Virus record (IMG/VR): IMGVR_UViG_3300025098_000044
Location: 1-59,241 of that record
Strand: one strand, 5' to 3'
Length of the DNA: 59,241 nucleotides
DNA from: a virus
Taxonomy: Duplodnaviria > Caudoviricetes
Part shown: positions 23,490 to 32,466 of the stretch, in pieces
How positions within the stretch are numbered: the stretch's first letter is position 1
How the letters are laid out: each line of letters begins with the position of its first letter
Notes under the pieces: generated by a model
What the model saw: only the letters and a program-made list of their open reading frames with translations
Databases searched by the model: none
Told to the model about the DNA's origin: nothing
Program-made: the position numbers and the translations under genes

Positions 23490-23828
23490 ATGGCAACAGT
23501 ACAAATATCATTCACAGATGCTTCTAATAACGAAACATCATTTAAAGTTTTCAGAAGCGACAACGGCGCGAGCGCTCAAAACGACGATACGAAAAAAATC
23601 GGAGATATAACTTATGTTGGATCCGATTGGCAAATCGCAGCAGCGAATAGCTTTGCTTCCGTAACTTTATATAGTAAACCAGCCTCAGGCTCAGGCCCAG
23701 ATGCTCAGGGACAGCAGTTCTCAGTAAGATATGAAGAAAGTGATTCTGGCGATTATAAATACGGAGTAGTAGCCTCAAACGATATCGGAGATTCAGATCT
23801 TACAGAAAGTTCAGTTGTATCGGTTTAA
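23490..23828 (+). CDS. Single fibronectin type III domain lacking strand A
   Basis: Starts at strand B (VQISFTDASNNETSFKVFRS, cf. LSWTDNSSNETGFKIERS) and ends with F/G strands YKYGVVASNDIGDS. Confidence 0.75.
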   Translation: MATVQISFTDASNNETSFKVFRSDNGASAQNDDTKKIGDITYVGSDWQIAAANSFASVTLYSKPASGSGPDAQGQQFSVRYEESDSGDYKYGVVASNDIGDSDLTESSVVSV

Positions 23829-23843
23829 GGGTAAAATCGTGTC

Positions 23844-24050
23844 GTGGCTAACCCAATTAAAGTATTAACAGGGCCACCCGTTCCCGATATAAATCCAAAC
23901 ACCCCCGCTACTGAATCGGTTAAATCTTACATAGACCGGTTACTTAGCTATTATACTACAAAAACGGATTTTTCGGAAAATTCTACTACGACCACTTGCT
24001 ATGTATTAGACGGTGGCGACTCTGGAAGTCAGCCGTGCGATGATTCATGA
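23844..24050 (+). CDS. Small hypothetical virion protein
   Basis: GTG start, ATGA coupling downstream; ends with an LDGG motif. Confidence 0.55.
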   Translation: MANPIKVLTGPPVPDINPNTPATESVKSYIDRLLSYYTTKTDFSENSTTTTCYVLDGGDSGSQPCDDS

Positions 24051-24280
24051 GTGTGTCCATAAGAATTCGTCGGGATACCGAGGCTCGGTGGCTCGAAAAT
24101 GACCCCGTACCCCATCAAGGTGAGCTGTGTATGGACATTACGAATCATAAAATCAAACTAGGCGACGGCTTCAATGAATGGAGCAAACTACCATACATGG
24201 AATCGAGCGGAGTTGACGCACTCAGAGAAGAGTACGGAAATGAAACCGATTTCACTATTAACTACGAACTGTTTAAATAA
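24047..24280 (+). CDS. Stand-alone Mtd_N / hyaluronidase-N-terminal-like fibre domain
   Basis: IRIRRDT...W...DPV...GE...D....KIKLGDG...W..LPY signature. Confidence 0.8.
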   Translation: MSVSIRIRRDTEARWLENDPVPHQGELCMDITNHKIKLGDGFNEWSKLPYMESSGVDALREEYGNETDFTINYELFK

Positions 24281-24288
24281 TAACTATT

Positions 24289-24927
24289 ATGTCAGACCCA
24301 ACAACAATTTTAGGAAAAGTCGGTAAGAAAGTCGGAGAAGAATTAAAAACCTTCCGAACAACTAGCGACAACACATACGCGACGCAAGTATCATTAGGCA
24401 CAACAGCATCGGTAGCATCTAGTAATGCAGAAGCTATTGTTAGTTTATCAAGCAACATAGGTAGTGTTTCTGGTGTAGCTAACGCTACTAAAGTGTCTTT
24501 AGACAACTACCGTACAGGTAGTTATGTTTTCCAACTTTTAAATGCAACAAGAGCTGAGACTACTGGTGATTTAACCGTAGGAGGTGATCTTACTGTTAAT
24601 GGAACAACCACAACGATAAATACTCAGACACTTGAAGTTGAAGATAACATCATCGAAGTTAACTTAGCATCTGATGGAACAGAAACAGCTCAAACCGCCG
24701 GTATTGAAGTTAACCGAGGAGATGGTGAAGATAAAGCTCAAGTACTTTGGAATGACGGAGACGGAGAGTTTCAATTATTAAAAGGATCTTCCGATGCTTC
24801 TCTTGATGTGGGCAGTGTGGATGCCGAAGAAGTATTAATACCATCAGGCGGTAATATTAAAATAAACAGCGTTTCACTTGGAGATTACTCACTATTCGCG
24901 AGTGCCCTCGATACAGCAAAAGCGTAA
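24289..24927 (+). CDS. Fibre protein
   Basis: LTVGGDLTVNGTTTTINT...VEDNII...AGIEVNRG...W motif typical of aquatic phage fibres. Confidence 0.75.
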   Translation: MSDPTTILGKVGKKVGEELKTFRTTSDNTYATQVSLGTTASVASSNAEAIVSLSSNIGSVSGVANATKVSLDNYRTGSYVFQLLNATRAETTGDLTVGGDLTVNGTTTTINTQTLEVEDNIIEVNLASDGTETAQTAGIEVNRGDGEDKAQVLWNDGDGEFQLLKGSSDASLDVGSVDAEEVLIPSGGNIKINSVSLGDYSLFASALDTAKA

Positions 24928-24930
24928 GAT

Positions 24931-25251
24931 GTGGCTTCGATTCTCGCACAGATCGGTACTAAGGTAGGGACTGAGTTAAAGTCCTTATCTACTCGTATTG
25001 ATAATATTGGGGGTGTCAGTTTAACTGACAATTACTCAGAGCTTACATTTGACGAAGGTCTGCTTACAGCATTGACCACATGGACTAATAGTGGAAAAGG
25101 GACAAAGGTTTCTTCAAAAGCGTTTACATATACAGACGGTAATCTGACAAGCGTAGTCGAAAAAGACGGCTCAGATGTCACTACTCTCACCAAGACCTTA
25201 ACATACGACGCAGAGGGTAACCTTGCATCAATTACGAAGGATTACGCATAA
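24931..25251 (+). CDS. Small virion protein with YD-like beta hairpins
   Basis: FTYTDGNLTSV, LTYDAEGNLASI; N-terminus similar to that of 24289..24927. Confidence 0.65.
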   Translation: MASILAQIGTKVGTELKSLSTRIDNIGGVSLTDNYSELTFDEGLLTALTTWTNSGKGTKVSSKAFTYTDGNLTSVVEKDGSDVTTLTKTLTYDAEGNLASITKDYA

Positions 25252-27632
25252 TGGCACTCACAACTCCATATAAATCTGGCTCAATATCTAGTGTAAATGG
25301 AACTAGTCTAGTAGGCACTGGTATTACATTTGCGTCAACGGATGTTGGTAGGCTTATTATCCTCACCAATGGCAATGGAAAACTTCAGCATAGAAAAATT
25401 GTAACCTATACATCAGCAACAGAAGTTGAAGTTGACCATGCATGGAATACGACTCCTTGGCTTGATACTGTCCAAGATGCTGAACCAAGTACAGGGGATT
25501 CATTTGTAGTTTCTTATCTCCAATCTGACTCTGCATTCACTGGAGAAACTCAAGTTACAGATAGTGGCGAGCAGGTAAGAATTGATGGTATTAATCTTAG
25601 TGGGGGTGCGTATGTTCATTTCACGAATAAGCAAGTAGACCTCAACTCAAGCTATATTAGGATTGGTCTAGGTGCTGGAATGATTTTTGGATGGTATAAG
25701 TACATTGCTGGAGAGGATGCACAAGTTACTGATTCGTGTCATATTATTGATGACTCTCTAGGTGTTGTGTCAAATTATCCTCCCTCGTGGGGAACTGGTG
25801 GCACTGAATTTGGTATGCTCGATATTTATGGAGGTACAATTCTCGTAGATGAAGGCCCAGTCTTTTGGCGATTGTATTGCAATGATGGAGCGAATAAAGT
25901 GCAATCACGAATCATTAATGCCCAATCTTTTGGCGAATATGGTATCGGCTGTCGAGTAGATGGAAATCGCTCAATTTTCATAGCAACCATCGTTGGTACT
26001 AACAATGTTAATAGTGCTTGTAATGCTCGGACTGCGGTGAGTAGGATTTCCATAACTGCGATTGACTCACTTCAAGCAGGGTATGTTTGGTTGCATTCTA
26101 CACAAGGAGGAGCAAGCGGACGATTAATTTTCCCACGATTAAACAGCTTAGACAGAGTAATTCGTTCAAACAACAGCGGAAACTCGGGAAATAAAGTAAT
26201 GGAGGTCATTGCTAAAAAGTCAGAAGTAGACCAAATCCCTGTTTTTATCCAAGGCGGAGGCAGCGTAAATGGAACTCACACTTTTAGATATGGAAACTTA
26301 TTGAAACCTAAATATGTGGATGATTCCAATTCTGTAGTTACAGACACAATCAAAACCGCAGTAATTGATTCGACTGACACTATTGTCGATACCGAAAATG
26401 TTACCACAGGTTCTAGGTCTGAATTATTTATTCGTCATTCTGACATAGCCACAAGGGATGGTAACATGGTGCTAGAGAATAGTGATGGAACTTTACCATC
26501 CTATGTTACAAAATATGCTCCCTATGAGTTAAATAGCTTCTTGTTTGGTAAGCAGATAAATTCTGCAATTGTCACGGCTGAAGATTTCTACGGAACAACT
26601 CAGACATTACTAAATGACCTAGTGCTCACCGAAACTGATAAAGCTACTATTGATGCCTATACAGAAATTGATACACCACAGAAGTTTTACGACAGAGCAA
26701 ATGCCTACCTTTATGACAACTATGCAGGCGAGTCTTCAACTTTGGTGTCTAGGGATGGTAACACAATAAATGCAGGCACTTATGATGTAGTGCTGAGTAG
26801 TTCAGCAACTGAAGTGCTTTCTTTAAGTAGTAACACTCTCACCATTAAGTCATCTGCTTTTATTGGAAACATTACAACAAGCGGAGCCGTAACTTTAGAT
26901 AATACAGATTTCGGAGGCACAATTGTTGATATTAATGGCACGAGGTCATTTGGGTCATATCAGATTAAAAACTTAATAAGTGGTAGTCGTGTACAAATTT
27001 ATAATATTACAACAGGCACAGAGGCTTTTAATAGTATAGTTAACAATGTCATTTTAACTAAAAGTTTTAGCACTGAAATGTCTGAAAATGATGCAATTAG
27101 AATAAGAATTACATATCAAAATTCATCAACTGCAAAAGAACCACAAGAAATCTTAGCAACTTGCAAAACACCCTCTTGGGAGGTTTCCGCAAATCAGCAA
27201 GATGCATTGCAATATAACGATTTCCAACTTGATGGGAGCGAAGTTACAGAAGTTTCTTTAGATTTAGCTAATGGAAAAATTGAAATAGATATTACTGATG
27301 ATGATAACGCTACAACGATTCAAAGGATTGGGGCTTTTTACTATTCGGAATTAATGACTAGTGATGGAATTGCTAATTTATTCGGTGCTGTAAATTGGTT
27401 ATCCGCCAATCAAATTTCCATAGATCAAGACAAGGTTGATTTAAAAATCGACAACAAGAAAAGCGCACCACTAATGCTAACAGGTGGAAGACTTTATAGA
27501 CTAGACGGCTCTACAATTATTTCTAGCACTAGTAATTCGGTTCAAATTGATTACTCACCAGTATATATCACTAATGCTCCATTGATTGAGATAATTGATA
27601 AGAACACAAAACTAATCCCAGCCCTGCTATGA
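25251..27632 (+). CDS. 793-aa beta-rich tail spike/fibre-like protein
   Basis: S/T/G/N-rich beta-type composition; N-terminal GSISSVNGTSLVGTGITF fibre-like motif. Confidence 0.6.
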   Translation: MALTTPYKSGSISSVNGTSLVGTGITFASTDVGRLIILTNGNGKLQHRKIVTYTSATEVEVDHAWNTTPWLDTVQDAEPSTGDSFVVSYLQSDSAFTGETQVTDSGEQVRIDGINLSGGAYVHFTNKQVDLNSSYIRIGLGAGMIFGWYKYIAGEDAQVTDSCHIIDDSLGVVSNYPPSWGTGGTEFGMLDIYGGTILVDEGPVFWRLYCNDGANKVQSRIINAQSFGEYGIGCRVDGNRSIFIATIVGTNNVNSACNARTAVSRISITAIDSLQAGYVWLHSTQGGASGRLIFPRLNSLDRVIRSNNSGNSGNKVMEVIAKKSEVDQIPVFIQGGGSVNGTHTFRYGNLLKPKYVDDSNSVVTDTIKTAVIDSTDTIVDTENVTTGSRSELFIRHSDIATRDGNMVLENSDGTLPSYVTKYAPYELNSFLFGKQINSAIVTAEDFYGTTQTLLNDLVLTETDKATIDAYTEIDTPQKFYDRANAYLYDNYAGESSTLVSRDGNTINAGTYDVVLSSSATEVLSLSSNTLTIKSSAFIGNITTSGAVTLDNTDFGGTIVDINGTRSFGSYQIKNLISGSRVQIYNITTGTEAFNSIVNNVILTKSFSTEMSENDAIRIRITYQNSSTAKEPQEILATCKTPSWEVSANQQDALQYNDFQLDGSEVTEVSLDLANGKIEIDITDDDNATTIQRIGAFYYSELMTSDGIANLFGAVNWLSANQISIDQDKVDLKIDNKKSAPLMLTGGRLYRLDGSTIISSTSNSVQIDYSPVYITNAPLIEIIDKNTKLIPALL

Positions 27633-28105
27633 GTAGGGGGTATGTAGCTTTATTCCTAGATGTGTTGCTCATAATAGCGATGATCCTTCTTACGCAATCC
27701 TGCACGATTTCCCAATGGTATCCCGTTGGCGGAGCAGTTATTGGTGGAGCATCAGGCTCAGTTTTAGGACCCGCTGGAGGTGGGATCGGAGCAGGGGTCG
27801 GATATGCAGGCGGAAAAACCGCACAAATGATGTCTGAGAATGAAGATCTCAAAGAAACCGTAGACGCTTTAACTCACGGAGATGTTTCAAAACTTGTTGA
27901 AAAAGGGCTAGAGTCTCAACAGTCGGGTTTTCAAGAATTTACGGGAACTATAAAAAATATACTAACGGTAGCGGGCTCAGTGCTTCTAGCTTACCTTTGT
28001 ATTCCTATTCTACTTGCTAGGAGAAGCGCCCAAAAGGAAGTTCAGAAATGCGTAACCAAGGCACCGTTCCCAGTAAGACCGGTAAGACCATCCGATCACA
28101 AATGA
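27629..28105 (+). CDS. Membrane protein with N-terminal lipoprotein-like signal, glycine zipper and C-terminal TM (u-spanin-like candidate)
   Basis: Hydrophobic N-terminus ending LLTQS-C; GGAVIGGASGSVLG; TM ILTVAGSVLLAYLCIPILLA followed by RR. Confidence 0.5.
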   Translation: MSRGYVALFLDVLLIIAMILLTQSCTISQWYPVGGAVIGGASGSVLGPAGGGIGAGVGYAGGKTAQMMSENEDLKETVDALTHGDVSKLVEKGLESQQSGFQEFTGTIKNILTVAGSVLLAYLCIPILLARRSAQKEVQKCVTKAPFPVRPVRPSDHK

Positions 28106-28218
28106 AAAACTTTAAATTACTCAAAGACTATTACGGAACATTATCATGCAAAGGGAAACTAATTTTCGCAACAGTGGCACTTGTAGCAGTGTATCTAATA
28201 CTGGACACCATATCATGA
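28102..28218 (+). CDS. 38-aa single-TM peptide (absent from ORF track)
   Basis: MKNFKLLKDYYGTLSCKGKLIFATVALVAVYLILDTIS; ATGA overlaps at both ends. Confidence 0.65.
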   Translation: MKNFKLLKDYYGTLSCKGKLIFATVALVAVYLILDTIS

Positions 28219-28370
28219 CGGACAGCACACCAATCATCGGGATGATCGGCACAGGTCTCTCTTTTACATTAGGCCAGTGGAACGATTTAGTCGGGTTAAT
28301 AGCCGGTGTTTTAACATGTGGCTACATGCTTTGGAAACTTTACAGATTTTATAAAAATGAAGAAAAATAA
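28215..28370 (+). CDS. Holin-like small membrane protein (51 aa)
   Basis: Two hydrophobic segments and a charged C-terminus; start reassigned to ATG 28215 (ATGA coupling). Confidence 0.55.
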   Translation: MTDSTPIIGMIGTGLSFTLGQWNDLVGLIAGVLTCGYMLWKLYRFYKNEEK

Positions 28371-28500
28371 AAAAGAAGAGTTTAAAACTTGTGCAAGATG
28401 CCCTTACCCAAAAGATTGTAAAAAAGAAGGTAAGTGTAAGCTAAGTAAACCTAAAAAGAAACCGGCAAAACCGGGTAGTTTGAAATTCTACAACAGGTAA
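28357..28500 (+). CDS. Lys-rich, Cys4 small protein
   Basis: MKKNKKEEFKTCARCPYPKDCKKEGKC...; start reassigned to ATG 28357. Confidence 0.55.
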   Translation: MKKNKKEEFKTCARCPYPKDCKKEGKCKLSKPKKKPAKPGSLKFYNR

Positions 28501-28538
28501 TACAACCGGTTTTCAGACCCGTATAACATTAGTATTGT
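28501..28538 (+). promoter_or_regulatory. Late promoter (TACAACCGGT ... TATTGT) for scaffold/MCP, leaderless start at 28545
   Basis: Motif 44 nt before ATG; -10 box ends 6 nt before ATG. Confidence 0.72.
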
Positions 28539-28544
28539 ACGAGA

Positions 28545-29594
28545 ATGGAAGAACAAACCGAGGTGGTTGATTCCCCTCAACAAAACGAATTAAATCTTGC
28601 GGATGTGTCTACTGACGACCTTCGACAAGCATTATCAACGCAGCAGCTTCCCGAAGCTACAGAACAGATTGAACAAGCCGAACCTGAGGGGCAACCCCAA
28701 GAAGAAGCGCCCGTTCAAGAAGAACCAGTAGCCGAAGAGCCTCAAGCACCCGAGGAAACGCCTGTTCCCGAGGAAAGTGAAGAGGATAGGTTGGCTAAAA
28801 GAAGGATTAGACCTAAGAGCGAATTAGACCAGCAAGTCATAGATCTTTACAGATCTGAAGGCTTTAGCGGGACATTTGCGGATGCGTCTAGGATTATCTA
28901 CGGCCAAGAAGTTGCACCGAATCAACCAAACCCGCAACCCGCTCAACAATCAACTGAGCAACCAATTTCAAATTCGTATGAAGGGTTGGCGGAGACTCTG
29001 AACGCCGAAATAGCCGAACTTGAATCGGAAGTTACTCAAGCCGCCGATGACTTAGACACGGTCAAAGCTTTGCAGTTGCAAAGGGAGATCATGAAAAAGG
29101 AATTGGAAGTTAGAGATTTAAACTTCAGAAAAGAACGAGCACAAGAAAAAGCATATGAGGCGCACAGCTCAAACCAGCGTAGTAAAGCTCAAGAGAGTAG
29201 GGATCGTGCATTTGAATCTTACCCAGATCTGTCAGACAAATCTACCGTCTACAGAAAAGAGTTCGATGATTTTGTATCTCAAGCTCAAAATGATGCAGAC
29301 TACGAAGCGGTTTTTCAGTCACCAAGGTGGCCGGAAATGATGGCACATGATTTTGCTGCTAGAAAAGGCTACCAAGCCCCAGCACAAAACGCTTCAAATC
29401 CAGCTCCCGAAATACCAAGGCAAGTCAGCCCTCAGATGGGTAATCAAGCTAAAGTATTAACGACAGGACAAACTGCGCAACCCGCAAACACTCAAATAAC
29501 ACCGGAGTATGTTTCTAACAACATCGGTCAAATGTCCAACGATCAGCTTTATCAGCTTCTAGGACACGATGACGGTAGAAAATTCCTCCGTTAA
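28545..29594 (+). CDS. Capsid scaffolding protein
   Basis: Acidic disordered N-terminus, coiled coil, directly upstream of MCP. Confidence 0.75.
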   Translation: MEEQTEVVDSPQQNELNLADVSTDDLRQALSTQQLPEATEQIEQAEPEGQPQEEAPVQEEPVAEEPQAPEETPVPEESEEDRLAKRRIRPKSELDQQVIDLYRSEGFSGTFADASRIIYGQEVAPNQPNPQPAQQSTEQPISNSYEGLAETLNAEIAELESEVTQAADDLDTVKALQLQREIMKKELEVRDLNFRKERAQEKAYEAHSSNQRSKAQESRDRAFESYPDLSDKSTVYRKEFDDFVSQAQNDADYEAVFQSPRWPEMMAHDFAARKGYQAPAQNASNPAPEIPRQVSPQMGNQAKVLTTGQTAQPANTQITPEYVSNNIGQMSNDQLYQLLGHDDGRKFLR

Positions 29595-29613
29595 CTATTA
29601 AATATTAATTATC

Positions 29614-31059
29614 ATGGCTAATAAATCATCAGCAGCAGCAGCACAGTCAGCACCCGGAACTTTCGGTAATGTTGACTTAATGAATGTAAATACTAATTAC
29701 TCAGGAGATATCTTCGGAGATTCAAACTTGCGCACCAGACTCTGGTCCGAGCTTGTAACTCGTGACGCTCGTGAGAAAAATGTATTTTCAAAATTTATCG
29801 GATCCGAAGGATCTGGTTCTCCAGTAGTGGAAAAACGCGATCTTAGCGCAGGCGGATCAGACAAGGTAACTTTTACAACAGTTGCTCCAATTCGTGGACA
29901 GGGCGTTCGTGGGGAAGAAATCCTCAAGAACTCAACTGGTAAGCTCAAATTTGGAACATTTAGTGTTGAAGTTGATCTTATCAGACACGCAGTAGCTTGG
30001 ACACAAGTTATCAAACTTATGCGTTTCACAGGTAAAACCATTGACCAGCTTTCAGCTGAAGTCATGTCCGAGTGGGCAGGACGCACTGAGCAGGATCATA
30101 TTCAAATGGTTCTCCGTGATACTTGCTTGAATGTAGCTACTTCTAACCTTATCTCAGGTTATGGTGCAGGGTCTAATCTTCAATACACAGAAGGTCTTAG
30201 TACTGACATCATTCAGGAAGCTAAACAAGCATTGATCGCCCAAGGTGGTGAGCCAATGAATGTTGGCGGTGATGACAAGACTGAAATCCCCGGTTACTTG
30301 TTCTTCGCACCAGACGCAGTTCTTCGCCCACTTCGTTCAGACCCTGACTACCTCGAAGCTATTTTACAAGCTGACGAGCGTAGCGGTTCTAACAAGTTGT
30401 ACAGCGGTAACTACGCAATGTGGGACGGTAATGTAATTGCTAACCATAATGTGTTGATTGACACAGCCGACGGACGCCAAGGTTCTCCTTTGCTTCCAAC
30501 AGCTTTGACAACCGCGTCTTTTTCTCCAGCTAACGGTGGGAATTTAGATCTTGGTAATGATACATTTGCTAATTTCCTAGGTTTTGACGCTAGAATCCCT
30601 GGCGCAGGCGGAGCAGTCTACAATGTATCCTCAGCTGGGCACTTCCTTATCGTAGCGCCTAACGGATCGTACTCATGCTTCGGTTATGGAAGTAACGACG
30701 GAGCTGCTCTTAAAACTCTCGCTTATAATGACATAAGCGGTGGTCAAGGCTCGAATCAGGAAGCTGATGGGACAGCGTTCCCAGCCGGTTCGATGATCTA
30801 TCAGTGTAACGCTGACGGAACCCCAATCGGATATGCATTGGCAATGGGTAAGAGTGCTTTGTACTACGCTAAAGGTGCAGTATCGAACGAGCAGATCTTC
30901 CATTATGACGATTTCGCAAATAGCGGAAACGAAGCTCACTTGTCAGCCGTAGGTATCCAGTCCGTTTACGGAATGGCTGCTTATCAAGACACCAACGGAA
31001 GAATTCCAGGTGTTCAGCTTGTCGAAGCAGTTCGTCAAATCCCCGGATTTAGCTATTAA
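29614..31059 (+). CDS. Major capsid protein (N4-gp56/DUF4043-like)
   Basis: DLSAGGSDKVTF...GQGVRGEEIL...F...VDLIRHAV motif; preceded by scaffold, followed by a strong terminator. Confidence 0.88.
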   Translation: MANKSSAAAAQSAPGTFGNVDLMNVNTNYSGDIFGDSNLRTRLWSELVTRDAREKNVFSKFIGSEGSGSPVVEKRDLSAGGSDKVTFTTVAPIRGQGVRGEEILKNSTGKLKFGTFSVEVDLIRHAVAWTQVIKLMRFTGKTIDQLSAEVMSEWAGRTEQDHIQMVLRDTCLNVATSNLISGYGAGSNLQYTEGLSTDIIQEAKQALIAQGGEPMNVGGDDKTEIPGYLFFAPDAVLRPLRSDPDYLEAILQADERSGSNKLYSGNYAMWDGNVIANHNVLIDTADGRQGSPLLPTALTTASFSPANGGNLDLGNDTFANFLGFDARIPGAGGAVYNVSSAGHFLIVAPNGSYSCFGYGSNDGAALKTLAYNDISGGQGSNQEADGTAFPAGSMIYQCNADGTPIGYALAMGKSALYYAKGAVSNEQIFHYDDFANSGNEAHLSAVGIQSVYGMAAYQDTNGRIPGVQLVEAVRQIPGFSY

Positions 31060-31097
31060 GCTTTTGAGAATATCCACCATATTCCAATCCTAAACAC

Positions 31098-31132
31098 AAC
31101 CTCTCCTCTGCGTAGCGGGGGAGAGGTTTTTT
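31098..31132 (+). terminator. Rho-independent terminator after MCP
   Basis: AACCTCTCCTCTGC-GTA-GCGGGGGAGAGGTT followed by a T-tract. Confidence 0.88.
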
Positions 31133-31142
31133 ATATAAAACT

Positions 31143-31481
31143 ATGAAAATTATAATCATCGGAAAAAGAGACCAAATGGGAACTACTCCCGTAATAAGAG
31201 TTAAAGGAATGAGCCGTCTTCAGTATGTTTTTAACTGGGATAAGGAAAGTAGGCATTATGCTTATGAGCCAAAAGACCAGCGAGAAGCCGACGACATATT
31301 CCGCACTCAAGGTAGGCTTTATAAAAGAATGTTCTTTTCAGTTCTTATGGACGAGAAAAAAGAGCCAGAAGCCGACCATCACTTTGTAAAAGAAAAACCT
31401 GCTCCTAAAAAGAAGCAAAAAGCTAAGGTTGAAAAAATGGATCGTGCTCCCGAATTACAAGCGGTGGTTGAAAAAGATTAA
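31143..31481 (+). CDS. Hypothetical protein
   Basis: 112-aa ORF between MCP and adaptor. Confidence 0.7.
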   Translation: MKIIIIGKRDQMGTTPVIRVKGMSRLQYVFNWDKESRHYAYEPKDQREADDIFRTQGRLYKRMFFSVLMDEKKEPEADHHFVKEKPAPKKKQKAKVEKMDRAPELQAVVEKD

Positions 31482-31493
31482 CTTATGTAAGTT
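31456..31493 (+). promoter_or_regulatory. Late promoter (TACAAGCGGT ... TAAGTT), leaderless start at 31500
   Basis: Motif 44 nt before ATG, embedded in the end of the upstream CDS. Confidence 0.7.
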
Positions 31494-31499
31494 AATGGA

Positions 31500-32465
31500 A
31501 TGTCAACCGTTCCACCAAATGCAAACCAAGCTCCTACGGGTTTAAACAGAACGGGGTCGCCGCAAAACCCTTGTGGATCTATAAGGTTTACGGCGTCTCC
31601 TCAAGAGCAAGTTGCACTATCAAATGTAATTGTTTCTCCTAACCAAAGTCCAACGGGTTTATCAGTTTCCGCCGTGTCACCTACTCAAGCCGAAGCTCCT
31701 TCTGGGATCGTAAGTGAGAGTCTTATAATGTTCACAGACATACTTGATCAAATCGCGAGTATGTTAGGTGCAGACCAGTGGGAAGATCTACCAAAAATAG
31801 ATCGGGAAAGAGTTAAAATAGTTGCTAATCAAGCGTACAGAGAATGTTATGCGCCGATCGACGGTCACAGGCCAAGGTGGGCTTCTCGAAAAATGTCCGT
31901 GTCTTTCTTAGAAGACCAACAGTCAGTACGGCTGCCTAAAGATGTAATCGATATTGAAAAAGTACCCGTATTAGCGGGGCATGGGCCATTATCGCCTATG
32001 AATGCGAGGACTGACGAGATCACCGCAAGAAGTCATTATGCTGGAGATTTTAGACCCGTGGGTGGATATCAGGGAAGTTTCCCATCAATCGATATGGATG
32101 ACCCCGAAAAAGAAAGACCTATATGGTATTACATAGATCAAACGGATGAAGGGTCTGATAATTTTATAGTAGTGCCGAGATTAGTTTTATACCCAATACC
32201 CGACAGAACATACACCGTAGATCTAGTGGCTAATATCATGCCCACTTTATTGAATGAAGGAGACAGTCCAAGGTTACCCGGTGACGCAATTTGGGATATA
32301 ATGCTTCCGATAGCTCAATATAAGCTGTTAACCGACCCTCGGTATAACGGGGATAACCGAGAAGTCATTGTACAATCGGCAAGAGAGGCCAGAAGAAAAT
32401 TAAAACATTTCTCTTCACCGCAGAAACAAAGAACTATTAGAATAGTCAGAAGAAGGGGTTGGTAG
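31500..32465 (+). CDS. Head-tail adaptor-like protein with N-terminal extension of strand-A-like peptides
   Basis: MFTDILDQI...NQAYRE...W...LVLYPIPDRTY core typical of podoviral adaptors; N-terminal QAPTGL, QSPTGL, EAPSGI. Confidence 0.65.
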   Translation: MSTVPPNANQAPTGLNRTGSPQNPCGSIRFTASPQEQVALSNVIVSPNQSPTGLSVSAVSPTQAEAPSGIVSESLIMFTDILDQIASMLGADQWEDLPKIDRERVKIVANQAYRECYAPIDGHRPRWASRKMSVSFLEDQQSVRLPKDVIDIEKVPVLAGHGPLSPMNARTDEITARSHYAGDFRPVGGYQGSFPSIDMDDPEKERPIWYYIDQTDEGSDNFIVVPRLVLYPIPDRTYTVDLVANIMPTLLNEGDSPRLPGDAIWDIMLPIAQYKLLTDPRYNGDNREVIVQSAREARRKLKHFSSPQKQRTIRIVRRRGW

Positions 32466-32466
32466 A

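Noticed and set aside
23801-23837. Ninth late promoter (TACAGAAAGT ... TAAAAT, 43 nt before GTG 23844)
   Set aside because: Spacing fits but the motif core is too degenerate to count
24047-24280. Diversity-generating retroelement suggested by the Mtd_N-like domain
   Set aside because: No reverse transcriptase and no TR/VR pair with adenine-specific differences seen
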